Shown: positions 48,901-57,747 of the stretch, in pieces | How the letters are laid out: every line of letters begins with the position of its first letter | Numbering within the stretch: the stretch's first letter is position 1 | From: Lama glama | Taxonomy: Eukaryota | Length of the DNA: 64,000 nucleotides | Reading direction: 5' to 3' | Assembly (NCBI GenBank): GCA_028534125.1 | Contig: CM052817.1 | Location: forward strand, 44,704,001-44,768,000 | Position numbers and translations under genes: made by a program | Notes under the pieces: model-generated | What the model saw: only the letters and a program-made list of their open reading frames with translations | Told to the model about the DNA's origin: nothing | Database searches by the model: none

Positions 48901-51268
48901 TATTATTTATGTTAAAAATCTCTCTGAGAAATTGTTTTTTTTATTCTCTTGAACTAAAATAAGTCCCAGATGATTGCCTTTTAGACGTAATATGTTTAAT
49001 TAAAAGGGCGTTTTTTGATAGGAAAATGAGCCATCAAAACTATTTTCAAGATTATACATCAAGTCAGAGACTAAGCTCAAAATTAAAATCTTGAGATTGA
49101 CAACTAGTTTTTAGAAGTTGACAAAACTTCGCATACCTATTAGAGACTAGCCCAGATGCCTCTGGGCCTTCCTCAGTTGCTGCTGCCACGTTTATTCTAG
49201 GTTCCATGTTCACTGTGGCCATGTCTGTACTGCCCGCTCCCATCATACAATACTGTCCTCATTCACGTGACAGCAACTGAAATGGGTACTTGGCCTTACA
49301 CACATTCAAAAATGTTGCCAGTGTCAGTATTGAATCTTGCTCTTCCAAACCCCAAGTTACTGGAACTACTCAGATTTGGTATGAAAAGTTATCATTTACA
49401 ATGCAGAATGTATCATTAAACTTGAAGTGTTCCTCCCACTCATCCCATTTAATGCTATGTAGTTAAATAATAGTAAATCAGACTGGTTTGAAACAAAATC
49501 AGATAAGCTAGTATTGCAATATTTAGATTTGACGTTTCTTTATTTTAAAATAGTGCTTTAAAGATTCCATTATTTTAAAGAAAAGACCGTTTAACCTGTA
49601 ATTGGAAGAGTTCTAAAAAGAAGTACTGAATAGACTTTTAATACCACATCTAAGCAATTTTCTAATAGCTTCACAGTCTCAGCCAATAGAAACAACCGGA
49701 AAAACATGCAGGAAGCTTCAGAACAGACTGGAAAGCTTGCAGACTCTGGTAGAAGATTTACAGATGAAGAACCAAGGTACAGTGTACATTTTTGGAGCAA
49801 TCTTCCTTGCTGAAAAGAATACCCACCTTCCCTTCAGGTTAGGCCTCCTATCTGTGGACCAGCTGAAAATAATATTGAATAAGCAATTCATAATCCTTGG
49901 TCAAAATATGAGGGTCTTAAGCATGACTAACCCCTGGATTAATACTGAGCACTTATCAGCTATGTGCCAGGCCCTGTGCTCAGTGCCTTACTCATGAGCT
50001 TCATGACACCAGGAGGTGGGCACTAGGATCACGTCATTTGGTAATGAGGTAGCTAAGAATCACTGGCAGTAAGTTCTAAGTCACACAATGAGTAGTAGAG
50101 CTGAGGCTTGATCTCTGCAATTTCTGAGTCCAGAATCCACACTTTTTAATATACTAAAGCTATACCAAATTGTTATTAAAGAAAATTACAAATTCTTTAT
50201 GGTAATTCTAGATCCCTGTGTATATAAACATAAAGGAAAACATTTGATTCTAAGTCTATTGTAAGCTTTTTAAGGAAGATGCATTATCTTACTGACACCA
50301 TTTTTATTCACACTTTGACTTATATTTCTGACTTTATCTGAGTAATCCTATCATGTAATAATCCAAATGGAAGATGTGTTGTATTTGTTTAAAATTTTTT
50401 AAAAAACCTTTTTGTTGGTTGCATTGTCTGGATGGAATATCTCTTGGAAATTATAAAACAAATATTTTGGAGAGAACTTTTGGAGCATTTATCAAAATTT
50501 AAAGTGGCACATATTCTTTGACCCAGAAACTCCACTTCAAGCAATATATTCTGCAAGAAAAATTGCACACACACATAAAAGTCTGTTTATAGATATATGT
50601 CCTATAGCATTATTTATAAACAAGAATAAGAAAGCAACTTTTAAAAATGTATTTACTAACATGTTGGTACATCCACATAATGAAATACTGTGCAGTCATA
50701 ACAAAACATGAGCTGAACTGGAAAGATGTTGACATTTTGTTGAGTAAAACAAGCTACAGAACAGTTTATACCACATATTTCCATTTGTGTAAAGAAAACT
50801 TGTGTGTGTGTACACGTGAAGATACAGAAGGGTTTACAGTGATGACCTGGGGAGGGGAGGTTCAACAGGTTGAGGGAACAGAGACAAAGAATGACCTTCA
50901 TCTCTCTTTGTACCCTCCTGAGGTATTCAGATTATTTACAATTAGTGTGTATTACTTCTATAATAATAATAATCATGCTCATTTAAAACAACTGAAAGAG
51001 CAAAGATTTGCCCTTATCTCTGTTTCATGACTTTAGTCTTTTAAAAAATTTGCTACTTTACAATTTTTAAGAACTTCTTAAGCTCAGAATGTGTTTATTC
51101 AATAGTAGCAAGCTGACCTTTTAAGAGGCACACTATAGAATTTAAAGCCTGAGTAAATGTTTTTCTAACTTTGTTTTATCAACATTTTCAGCAATGTCTT
51201 CAATGATCAGAAATCAAGAAAAGAGGATACAGAAAGTGAAAGACCAGGAAAAAATGTTATTAAAATGA
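4687..51268 (+). CDS. CCDC158: Coiled-coil domain-containing protein 158, 5'-partial; 20 coding exons in window
   Basis: join(4687-4796,4910-5237,5592-5668,6521-6631,7308-7422,13160-13279,15045-15242,16378-16860,18803-18992,20826-20978,23624-23736,24885-25043,25999-26091,26908-27033,38727-38887,41105-41164,45450-45517,47740-47898,49669-49776,51192-51268) = 3009 nt, all GT-AG with compatible phases. Translation runs [20 protein letters not shown]...[14 protein letters not shown] and matches recalled human CCDC158 from about residue 97. Tail-to-tail synteny with STBD1 agrees. Confidence 0.96.
4910..5237 (+). CDS. CCDC158: CCDC158 coding exon ([10 protein letters not shown]...KGRIFP)
   Basis: tttcgtag|A acceptor, CCA|gtaagt donor; overlaps ORF 5001-5273. 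Confidence 0.95.
5592..5668 (+). CDS. CCDC158: CCDC158 coding exon ([10 protein letters not shown]...QHQDR)
   Basis: aaccag|GTA acceptor, AG|gtaggt donor. Confidence 0.93.
5715..6372 (-). mobile_element. MER46C-like TcMar-Tigger DNA transposon fossil, split by an LTR
   Basis: Right end aaattctgaattc...ctggcccccaaaggatttgaataaaggattctggatct resembles the recalled MER46C terminus. Confidence 0.55.
5798..6119. mobile_element. Solo ERV LTR (ERV1-like) with 4-bp TSD
   Basis: TG...CA termini (tgataagaa...tctttgtca) flanked by CTCA at 5794-5797 and 6120-6123. Confidence 0.7.
6521..6631 (+). CDS. CCDC158: CCDC158 coding exon ([10 protein letters not shown]...LEIIQ)
   Basis: ctttttatag|G acceptor, CA|gtatgt donor. 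Confidence 0.93.
6901..6979. repeat. Compound microsatellite (TA)n(TG)n
   Basis: About 27 TA units followed by about 12 TG units. Confidence 0.97.
7308..7422 (+). CDS. CCDC158: CCDC158 coding exon ([10 protein letters not shown]...MYEDK)
   Basis: ttcttag|A acceptor, AAG|gtgagc donor. Confidence 0.94.
13160..13279 (+). CDS. CCDC158: CCDC158 coding exon ([10 protein letters not shown]...LQKLL)
   Basis: ccttttag|ATA acceptor, TTG|gtaaga donor, 120 nt. Confidence 0.94.
14030..14590 (+). mobile_element. L2 3' fragment
   Basis: Pyrimidine-rich L2-like text (caaggtccagctcaaatgccttc...tttttgagtgattgaa). Confidence 0.55.
15045..15242 (+). CDS. CCDC158: CCDC158 coding exon ([10 protein letters not shown]...QMERQ)
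   Basis: cttgtag|GCT acceptor, CAG|gtcagc donor, 198 nt. Confidence 0.94.
15597..15634. repeat. (TTTTTG)n simple repeat
   Basis: About 6 tandem units. Confidence 0.85.
16378..16860 (+). CDS. CCDC158: CCDC158 coding exon ([10 protein letters not shown]...LELQEVK)
   Basis: aatcag|ATG acceptor, AAG|gtctgt donor; core of ORF 16351-16923; heptad-rich coiled coil. Confidence 0.95.
17454..17476. repeat. (TG)n microsatellite between MIR-like (about 17300-17390) and L2-like (about 17480-17610) fragments
   Basis: Direct reading. Confidence 0.85.
17841..18208. mobile_element. MER77-like ERVL LTR inserted in an L2 3' end (L2 about 17790-18550)
   Basis: gggtccccaagaccac...ctaggaggactcacaggactcagca...gatttattaca matches recalled MER77/MER21-family text; L2 resumes and ends gaatgaatgaat at about 18550. 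Confidence 0.7.
18398..18490. mobile_element. Internally deleted MER96-like hAT-Tip100 MITE
   Basis: cagggc...gaggcgcctgagcgca...gcgcctcgcctg...cctg; imperfectly palindromic. Confidence 0.45.
18803..18992 (+). CDS. CCDC158: CCDC158 coding exon ([10 protein letters not shown]...ELNSLT)
   Basis: tatttag|ATT acceptor, ACAG|gtatgt donor. Confidence 0.94.
19480..20310 (-). mobile_element. L2 fragment
   Basis: Purine-rich antisense L2 text (ggaggtgacatctg..., ccaggcagagagaaca..., gtggaaatatctggatagacag). Confidence 0.65.
20826..20978 (+). CDS. CCDC158: CCDC158 coding exon ([10 protein letters not shown]...GSDGH)
   Basis: gtacag|AG acceptor, CACG|gtatgc donor. Confidence 0.93.
21586..21690 (+). 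pseudogene. Full-length U6 snRNA pseudogene (RNU6-type) in a CCDC158 intron
   Basis: gtacttgcttcggcagcctatataccaaaattggaatgatactgaaaagattatcatggcccctgc...tccatatttt is colinear with U6 end to end. The ACAGAGA box reads ACTGAAA, the AGC triad reads ATC, and no PSE/TATA is recognisable upstream. Confidence 0.92.
22818..23464 (-). mobile_element. Young LINE-1 insertion spanning the assembly gap
   Basis: Poly(T) before the Ns; ORF2 peptide [28 protein letters not shown] after them; TSD TGAAGGCC at 22810-22817 and 23465-23472. Confidence 0.88.
22826..23325. other. Assembly gap (500 N)
   Basis: Run of N. Confidence 1.
23624..23736 (+). CDS. CCDC158: CCDC158 coding exon ([10 protein letters not shown]...TNANK)
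   Basis: tttttttccag|CT acceptor, AAG|gtaact donor. Confidence 0.94.
24885..25043 (+). CDS. CCDC158: CCDC158 coding exon ([10 protein letters not shown]...VALDK)
   Basis: attgtag|GAA acceptor, AAG|gtggtt donor. Confidence 0.93.
25999..26091 (+). CDS. CCDC158: CCDC158 coding exon ([10 protein letters not shown]...TLDVK)
   Basis: attgtag|GCA acceptor, AAA|gtaagg donor. Confidence 0.93.
26908..27033 (+). CDS. CCDC158: CCDC158 coding exon ([10 protein letters not shown]...ASFLSH)
   Basis: cttccag|GAA acceptor, CAT|gtaagt donor. Confidence 0.94.
27625..28640 (-). mobile_element. Old LINE-1 3' end (L1MC/MD-type)
   Basis: ttttttagaggagtttcagattcacaccaaaattgagaggaacgtacagag...; caaactgtcttcccaagtggctgtaccactttgcacgcccaccagcaatgaatgagagttcc. 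Confidence 0.85.
29521..29935. mobile_element. ERV LTR fragment (ERV1-like)
   Basis: Begins tgtagggg; abrupt composition shift; LTR-like text (aagaaaagcaaatttattttgtatgtatgggagttccaca...). Confidence 0.55.
31550..36310 (-). mobile_element. Long old LINE-1 (L1MC/MD-type): 3'UTR, ORF2 pieces and ORF1/5' remnants, internally deleted
   Basis: 3' end agactttacttttagagaagttttag...; ORF2-like antisense text at 32.7-33.9 kb; ORF 34940-35194 resembles the ORF1 coiled coil ([10 protein letters not shown]...[14 protein letters not shown]). Confidence 0.85.
33732..33796 (-). mobile_element. About 65-bp L1 3'-terminus insertion with 14-bp TSD
   Basis: Poly(T) + aattgaagtcaattacaatgtgtcaatctctggtgtacagcacaatgtcccagtc; TSD tctacaCgtgcttt (33718-33731) / tctacaTgtgcttt (33797-33810). 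Confidence 0.85.
36495..37010 (+). mobile_element. L3/CR1 LINE 3' fragment
   Basis: ctctgctctggtcagac...; ends ttggactag...cttcaagatccctccaac...ctgtgatt, typical of the CR1/L3 tail. Confidence 0.6.
37595..37692 (+). mobile_element. L1 3' terminus fragment
   Basis: gtatgggaaatctctgtacc...ttttgctgtgaacctaagactgctctaaaaaataaagtctattaaaaaa. Confidence 0.8.
38727..38887 (+). CDS. CCDC158: CCDC158 coding exon ([25 protein letters not shown]...SLGVSYVAV)
   Basis: aattcag|CAC acceptor, GT|gtaaga donor (phase 2). Confidence 0.88.
41105..41164 (+). CDS. CCDC158: CCDC158 coding exon ([20 protein letters not shown])
   Basis: ccaacag|A acceptor, AG|gtaaga donor, 60 nt. Confidence 0.92.
41810..41968 (-). 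mobile_element. MIR SINE
   Basis: gtaggcactattatccctg...gactcaga...ttgctaaggttatacagcttgtaa...gatttgaactcagg. Confidence 0.75.
41985..42452. mobile_element. MLT1-type MaLR LTR
   Basis: aatcaagatgctggca..., ccttcctcttataaag..., aaggtaacattcataggttcctgg...tattcatcctatcaca. Confidence 0.75.
42693..43206. mobile_element. hAT-Charlie DNA transposon fossil (MER119-like)
   Basis: actttttggtctcaggaccc...ccaaagagctttt; terminus accactttgagaactgctg. Confidence 0.6.
43381..45130 (+). mobile_element. 5'-truncated LINE-1 (ORF2 3' part + 3'UTR + poly(A)), frameshifted
   Basis: ORFs 43472-43873 and 43801-44157 encode ORF2 ([17 protein letters not shown]..., [23 protein letters not shown]); poly(A) at 45122-45130; decayed 16-bp TSD aagattgcatctctta / aaggttacctctctta. 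Confidence 0.93.
45450..45517 (+). CDS. CCDC158: CCDC158 coding exon ([22 protein letters not shown])
   Basis: cttccag|A acceptor, GCAG|gtgagt donor. Confidence 0.93.
45550..46070 (+). mobile_element. L2 3' end
   Basis: agctgcacaagggcagg...cctagaaccttcctggcatatagcaggtgctcattaaatacttattgaatggatgg. Confidence 0.75.
47740..47898 (+). CDS. CCDC158: CCDC158 coding exon ([10 protein letters not shown]...SSDSVK)
   Basis: cttttag|GA acceptor, AAAG|gtaaga donor. Confidence 0.94.
49669..49776 (+). CDS. CCDC158: CCDC158 coding exon ([10 protein letters not shown]...LQMKNQ)
   Basis: tctaatag|CT acceptor, CAAG|gtacag donor. Confidence 0.92.
50440..50980 (+). mobile_element. Old L1 (L1ME-like) 3' fragment
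   Basis: ctttgacccagaaactccacttc..., tagcattatttata..., ggtacatccacataatgaaatactgtgcag. Confidence 0.6.
51192..51268 (+). CDS. CCDC158: CCDC158 last coding exon ([25 protein letters not shown])
   Basis: ttttcag|CA acceptor; TGA at 51266-51268. Confidence 0.95.
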
Positions 51269-51367
51269 TACATTGCTTACCTATTTACAGAGAGATGATG
51301 CCCAATTAATTGTGGTGTTACGTATAATTAGTGCCCTGTGTACTTTTTTCTTTTTATGTGAAAATTT

Positions 51368-51373
51368 AATAAA
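51368..51373 (+). terminator. Probable CCDC158 polyadenylation signal
   Basis: AATAAA about 100 nt after the stop codon. Confidence 0.65.
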
Positions 51374-51884
51374 AGATACCCTATCCTGTAAACTCTATTT
51401 CGAAACAAACTATTTTTGAATGCTCTCACAGTAAAATTTCAAGCAGTACTAGCCAGATGTGAAAGTGTTCATACCTTATAGGTATTAATTTGTGCTAATA
51501 CCAGTGTGTTGGAATAACTACGTGTTTTACATTATCTTTACTGGTGCTGAGGCAGTAGTCCTTTTTTTTCTTTCAGCTTAAAAAACTGCTTTCACATAAA
51601 AGTGAAAGATGGGGTATAATGCCCAGAAGGACAAACTCCAAGGTACTGACAGGGATTCCTTTTGTGGCCCTGAACTCACTGTTCTGTCAATATCAGTGAA
51701 TGTAATCACACAACAAAACATTGGGGCCCCTGATGAAAACTTTTGGAAAAGTTTCTCTTTTAACATATTAATAACTATAAAGAAAGAAAGAAAAAGTTTA
51801 TTATTCTTTAGCCAGTTGGTATCTTCTGCAGATTGAATGGATTCAGTCTGCCTTAATTAGATTTTAATAAATTAGTGGCATTTG

Positions 51885-52571
51885 TATGTGGTGTGTTTTC
51901 CAGCACCAATAACCAATTCTCTGTGGACACCAACTGGGTGTCTGTGAGTCAGTTCAGTTCTGACACTGCCTGGAGTTAGTGTCAGAGTCTCCAGACTTAA
52001 GGGCTCAGTCCCACAAGACTGCCCCCAGGTCCCAGGCCACCTGTACTTTTTGACTGGCTACAAACTGGGGGTTCCCACACCCCATCTAAAGTTTCAATAA
52101 TTTGCTAGAAATGATCACAGAACTCAGGAAAGTGCTTTACTTACTATTGCAGTTTATTATAAAGGCTATAACTCAGGACCAGCCAAATGGAAGAGATGCA
52201 CAGAGCAAGGTAAGGGGTGGTGCTGTGGAGCTTCCATGCCCTTGATTTGCTCTCCAACTGGAAGCTCATTAAATCTCATCATTTAAGGGTCTTTGTGGAG
52301 CTTCATCTCCAGGCCCCTCCCCATCCCGGAGCTCAGCGTGTGGAGCTGAAAGTCACAAGCTTCCAACCACTTGGTCTTTCTGGTGACCAGTCCTAGCCAG
52401 AGGCTGTCTAGGGGCCCACCTAAGTCACCTCACTGGCAGAAACTCAGGGTGACCTAAAGGGCTTTATTATGAATAACAAAAGGCACTCCTGTCTCTCAGG
52501 AAATGCCAAGGGGTTGAGGAGCTCTGTGCCAGGAACCCAGGACAGAAACGAAATATATATATTATACTACA
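51885..52571. mobile_element. MER21-like ERVL LTR between the two gene 3' ends
   Basis: caccaactgggtgtc...agttctgacact...agggctcagtcccacaagactgcccc...gaataacaaaaggcactcct...aggagctctgtgccaggaacc. Confidence 0.8.
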
Positions 52572-53694
52572 GGATGTCAACCAAATAAAAGGAGACCAGA
52601 AGAACAGATACAGAAATGTTTCAGTCGTGCCAAAGACAACAGGAACCATGTCACAGGAGCCAGCCTGCCCCCAAAAGTCTGTACTTCTGTTCTGTAGTAC
52701 AGATGTCGCTGAGAAACTGCTGCCCAGCCAGAGGCTGTTCCCCAGCCCCCCTCGCCTCCACCTGCATGTGGCCACCTGACCAGTTCTCACTAGAGGCACG
52801 TGAACACAGCAGTACTTGGAACTTTCTGGCCTAAAGTTTTAGTATGTGTGGTGTCTTTCCTTACTTTATTTCTCCTTCCACCAGCTGGTTACAGAGGACA
52901 GCGATGGCTAGGGGGACAGGAGTGCCACAGGACAGGAGCCTGGGTGGCGATGGGCAAGGAAAACCACCGTCCGGCCAGGAACAGCCCTGCTGCTGTTGCC
53001 GCCGCCTGACATGGAGGTGTCTGTGACAGCAGGTAGCGTGCGGCCTAACCACTGCGGGTAATAAGCTAAGTAGGACCCAAGTCCTCCCCAGCTCTCCTGT
53101 TCCTCACTCTAAGCACGTCCAATTTTAAATAATGAGTTTTTAAAATATAAAGTTTAGTATTATATGTATCTCTTAAATCAATTGGCTTTACTGAAAGATT
53201 TTTATTTCATCAGGTAATGATAAAATGACTAGTGAGAACTCTAAACAGATTTCTATTGTGAATTGCTTTACCTTTAATTTTACCTAATAGATATGCTTGG
53301 GCATTCTGTGCAGCAGTGGTAAATGTCTTCTGGAGACCTCACTGGCAGAATATAAAATTCATTATGAAGTAGATAAGAAGTATATGTGAATTTAACATAA
53401 AAATACTATGAGCCAAAAACAGTTCTTTACGCACTTTCTAACACTTTTCCAGTTGGGTTTATGCTCTTTTCAGCAAAGACCATCTGTCACCAAGACTAAA
53501 CATTGTTTTGCCAATAAATGTTACACTTATTAAAAGGTTTCTTAAATGTAGAATTAATTTTCAAGTACAGGCATCCCTCCACAGGTAAAATTTTAAAATA
53601 AATACTCTAAAACTTTTTCTCTAAAGGAAGGAGAAAAACAGACTTCTATGCCTCTTGATGTTTGCTTTTTTTCTGTGTCTTTAGTGGAGAAAAT

Positions 53695-53818
53695 TTTATT
53701 TTACATCTAACTGTTATGGTACTAAGATTTATACAAATAATTCAGACATTTAATAAAGATATTAAAACTCAGGTTTTATTATTTTTTCAGTTATAATGGC
53801 AAAGTTTAAATGTTTATT
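53695..53818 (-). terminator. Cluster of candidate STBD1 polyadenylation signals
   Basis: Minus-strand AATAAA at 53695-53700, 53775-53780 and 53813-53818, about 1 kb after the stop. Which one is used cannot be determined from sequence. Confidence 0.5.
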
Positions 53819-54784
53819 TCTTCCCAGAGCAAAGATGTACTTCTGTATCACTGTTCTGTTACAATTTTGTTACTCAAGACAGCTTCTGGCATGAAAGGAG
53901 AAGGAGGAGGGTGAAACAATCGCTATAGAACAGCCGTGTGTCAGCCCAGATCTAGTGTGAGAGAGGGGCGGTGGGAGAGGTGGTCCTACAAGGCCCCACG
54001 AGTACATGACGGCGCATCCCACCCTGCAGTCAGGCTGGCCTGTACCTCCCAGCCCTCGAAGAGGTGTCATTCAGGCCGCCTTGCTTAGCCTACACCTTAA
54101 CCCCTGTCCTTTTCTCTTTCCTCTTGGGCTGCTCCCACTGGCACATTCTGATTAGGGACCTTGTCTCTACACCAGCCTTTAATCATTAAGACAAGAATAT
54201 ACTTGCTACCTTCAAACCATCTGTGGCAGGTAAAATCAAGCAAAAACATTGGGAAGTCTTAATACATTACCTCATATCCTTACTAATTACATCTAGTGAC
54301 CAGATATTTTCTAATCACGATTCCATATGGTGTTAACTACTTTTAAATATAAAATGTGTATGCAGCAGAGAGTGTTTCTCCAGCTATATCAATAGGAAAT
54401 CAGCTCTTTTTGAATGAGGCTTGTTTCACTTCCCTAGTTTAAGGATCTCCCAAAAGCTCAAGCCTAAATCCTGTGCAGCTGGTTAGTTTCTGTGATTCCT
54501 GACCAGTGCACATCTGAAGCTTAGCCAGCCACTCCCCAAGACAACCAAGCCCTAAAGAAATGATGGATCAGCATCAACCCATCCATCGATGCCACAGGGA
54601 AAAAAAGTCCAGGCTCACTGGAAGCATTATCTACACATGAGACAAAAGCCACTAGCAAATTTGAAACAACTCTGATGGCTAGGTTTGGAGCTACATTTCC
54701 TTTATTTTAAATTATTCAGGGTGCTCCACAACCTTAGCCTCTTCCACTTTCTGCAATAGCCTCTTCAGTACTTCGCAGACTGCA

Positions 54785-55647
54785 TCAGTGAATCCCCCAC
54801 CACTTGTGAAGCACTTTATCCTCATGGCCAGTCTCTAAGAATCTATTGCTGCATTCTTCCCAACGACTAACTTCCCCATTCTCTACCACCACGAACTTCC
54901 ATTCTACCACTGTGTCTGCCGGCAGGGACACAGAACGAGACCAGAGCCCATCCTTGCTACCCTGGAGTGGGATGTAAGCCTTCCACCTCCCAAGACTCTC
55001 ATGGTCTCCAGTTATTGCAATGAACTGCACACCAGCACTTGTGATATAATGGACCTGGAACCTGATGCTAACCTGCTGAGACTCTGCAGACACTGCTACT
55101 GCCCTTTTTGGTTTCACACCCACTTCCTGACCTCTTGCTTCCATAAGAGTACTTCTGCCATAGTCCTTTCCCTGGTTAGAGCTTAACACTGGAGCCTCAG
55201 GACTGCCTCCCAGACCAACATCTCCCCAAGATGAGTGCCGGGACATCATCTCACAGTCCTCATGGTCAGCCCGGGCCTGACTGTCCAGCTGTGCAAGGCT
55301 CATGTCTTCTTTTGCTCTGTCCAGGAACAGGTTGCTAGAAGGCAGCTTCTCTGCCGAACGTGGAGTTGCTTTAGCAGGTGTCTTTTGGCCTTCTTGGAAT
55401 CCCTGTTCTCCTGTGGGAGATCCAAGGCTTTTATGTCTTGATACATTAGAGTGACTTTGAGCATTACCAGTCCCTGAGGTAGCTAGAGATTCTGAGTCTG
55501 GAAACTGTCCAGAAGGAACATGCGCTCTTGTCTTGTCCCAGTTACCACCTTCTCCAGAAGGACTCTGCAGTCTCCATGCTGCTTCTTGCAGGTCACCAGG
55601 GCCTTTGGTCTCAGAAACCAAACGTCCATTGCTTTCTTGAAGATGCT
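54785..55647 (-). CDS. STBD1: STBD1 exon 2 coding part, including CBM20 domain (about 54788-55078)
   Basis: ttatttttag|AG CAT CTT CAA acceptor; ORF 54785-55714 from residue 23; TGA stop. Confidence 0.96.
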
Positions 55648-57747
55648 CTAAAAATAATAATAATAATAATGAAAAATGTAATAATGTTAGGCAGTTCATG
55701 TGAGAAAGAAGCAAGTTAGGCTGAGAAAATATGTTTAGTTATTAAAGACTTTGCTACTAACTTATCTGCAGTTCACAGACTCTGTCTCTATTAAAATCAA
55801 GTACTTAACTACCTAGTATGGCCACAACACTGTGCTCTAAGAGTACACATGCATATCCCATAATAAAATGCACGTCCAAGAGTGTCAGTATACCAGCACA
55901 AGAGTGTAAATGAGGTGGCAAGCTGGAGAAGCGGAAGTGTAACCCTGTCACGGTCCTGGATCTCCGCACTCCAGGCCACACTGGCGTGCAACCAAGTCAA
56001 GTTGTTTGGCTCCTATCATCAAAAAATGTTGTCCAGCCTGTGTGGCAAAGAGCTGATGGTTACTCTGTAAACCAGAAGAGTACACTCGTACCCCCAGGAA
56101 CTACATGCAGGTCAGGGACTGGCTCTCACAGGTGCGGGCAGATTAGCTGCAGCTGTCACTGTGGGAGAATTCAAAGGACAGCAGTGCGTCCCTAGGCCAG
56201 AAATGGCGGTGAGGGTCAGGGAGAGGGCTGGATTCTCCCTGCCAATCCCATGTGCATCAGAAACTTCTTCAGCTTTTTATATCCCCTCCCATTGTATACT
56301 TTAAAAATACATATTCTTAAGAGTACACAATCCAAGCTCCCTAAAGACTTAGTTTCCTTTTTGGCCACCTCCTTGATGATCCAAATAGCTCTCTGCAAGA
56401 TGGAAATCTCCACAACCATACAATCAGTATAGATGGGGGTTTGGGGTGGAAACAGGGACGTTTTGTTTAATTTTGTCTCTTTCTAATGGTGGAATTGAAA
56501 GTAAGACATAAAAATTACTGAGTTCCCCATCTTTCAACCTACAACATGAGGCTGGCTTTCACAAAAAAGAAGATAAATGGGATCTGTGCTCATCCAAAAC
56601 CAGCCGCAGGAAAGGCACACATTGAACACCACTCCACTAAAAGTTTTCAGGTGTCATTTTCACCACTGGGCTGGCGTTCAGGCATGGGCAGCTCGCCCAG
56701 GGAGGGCACTGGAAAGTAAGGTTTTCTGTCAGTGCGCTTTGCCCAGCATGCAGGGTCTAAAATATAGAGATGAAAACCTAGATATCAATTCTACTCATCG
56801 GAGTCGGGTCCTCTATTAAGCACCCCTATTAAGTGTGTCTCTTCCCTGGGGTTTCAGACAACCCTGCACCGTCCGGGGTGAGCATGGGGGAGGCCCGACG
56901 GCTCTGATACGGGCGGCCAGCGCGCAGCCCCAGGGCCTCAGCCGAGACCTTCATGGCCAGAGTCCAACCTGAACTTTGCCTCCCTGACAGAAGCGTCCAG
57001 ATAGTGGGAGGTGCTCACTGCTCCAGTGTTCCCGAACGTGGCTCTTCCATGGGGTGAGGGATGGGAAGACATGAGGCTATGGGACTGGGACTGAGACAGA
57101 GTCCCTGTCCGGCCAGAAATTGGAGAGGGCCGTAGGTCCCCTAGCTCTAAGCACTCCTTTCCAAAGGCCCTGAAGGGGTGCTGCCGCTGCAGCTGCCCGC
57201 ACTGCACCAAGCGCCGCCAAGCGGAGGAGCCCATCCCCGCTGGAGGGGCCGGTGCAGGTCCTCAGGGGCGGGCGCCGAGGGCAGCGACTCAGCGGGGCGC
57301 GGCCCTTGGACGAAGCGCCAGGGCATCTCCAGGGCCTCAGTGGAGGGCGAGAACCCCGCCCGGCGCGTGCGCACCAGCCAGGGGAAATGCGGGCCGCGGA
57401 GAGGGTCCTGTCTCCGGTAGAGGAAGCTAGTCCTTGGGAATGGGCCGCTAGGAAAGCTCCAGGTGTGCCTTTTCCTCCCTCAGCGAACTTCACAGCCCCC
57501 CTGGCAGATCTGCCCTCGAGACACGGGGAGAAAGAATACCTGGTTTGGTGACCAGCTCCCGCCTAGAAGGTCCAGGGCTCAGACCGCTGCCGCCACCCTG
57601 ATCGCCTCCCGGAGCCGCAGCCTCCCCTGGAGAGGCGTCCTGTCCCCGCTCCGCGTCCCCCTCCTTTCCCGTGTCCCGCAGCAGCCAAACGAAAAGCGCT
57701 CCGGCCAGACCCCCTCCAACCAGCAGGGCGGACCAGACGGCGCCCAT
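54785..57747 (-). CDS. STBD1: Starch-binding domain-containing protein 1 (glycophagy receptor), complete, 356 aa
   Basis: complement(join(54785-55647,57540-57747)) = 1071 nt. N-terminal hydrophobic anchor MGAVWSALLVGGGLAGALFVWLLR; C-terminal CBM20 QQVSIRFQVHY...GRW...WEECSNRFLETGHEDKVLHKWWGIH. Confidence 0.97.

Noticed and set aside
55648..55714. Signal-peptide-like start of ORF 54785-55714 (MLLSHMNCLTLLHFSLLLLLFL)
   Set aside because: It is intronic: the Leu run is the (TTA)n tract, the start codon is not ATG, and the real N-terminus comes from exon 1.
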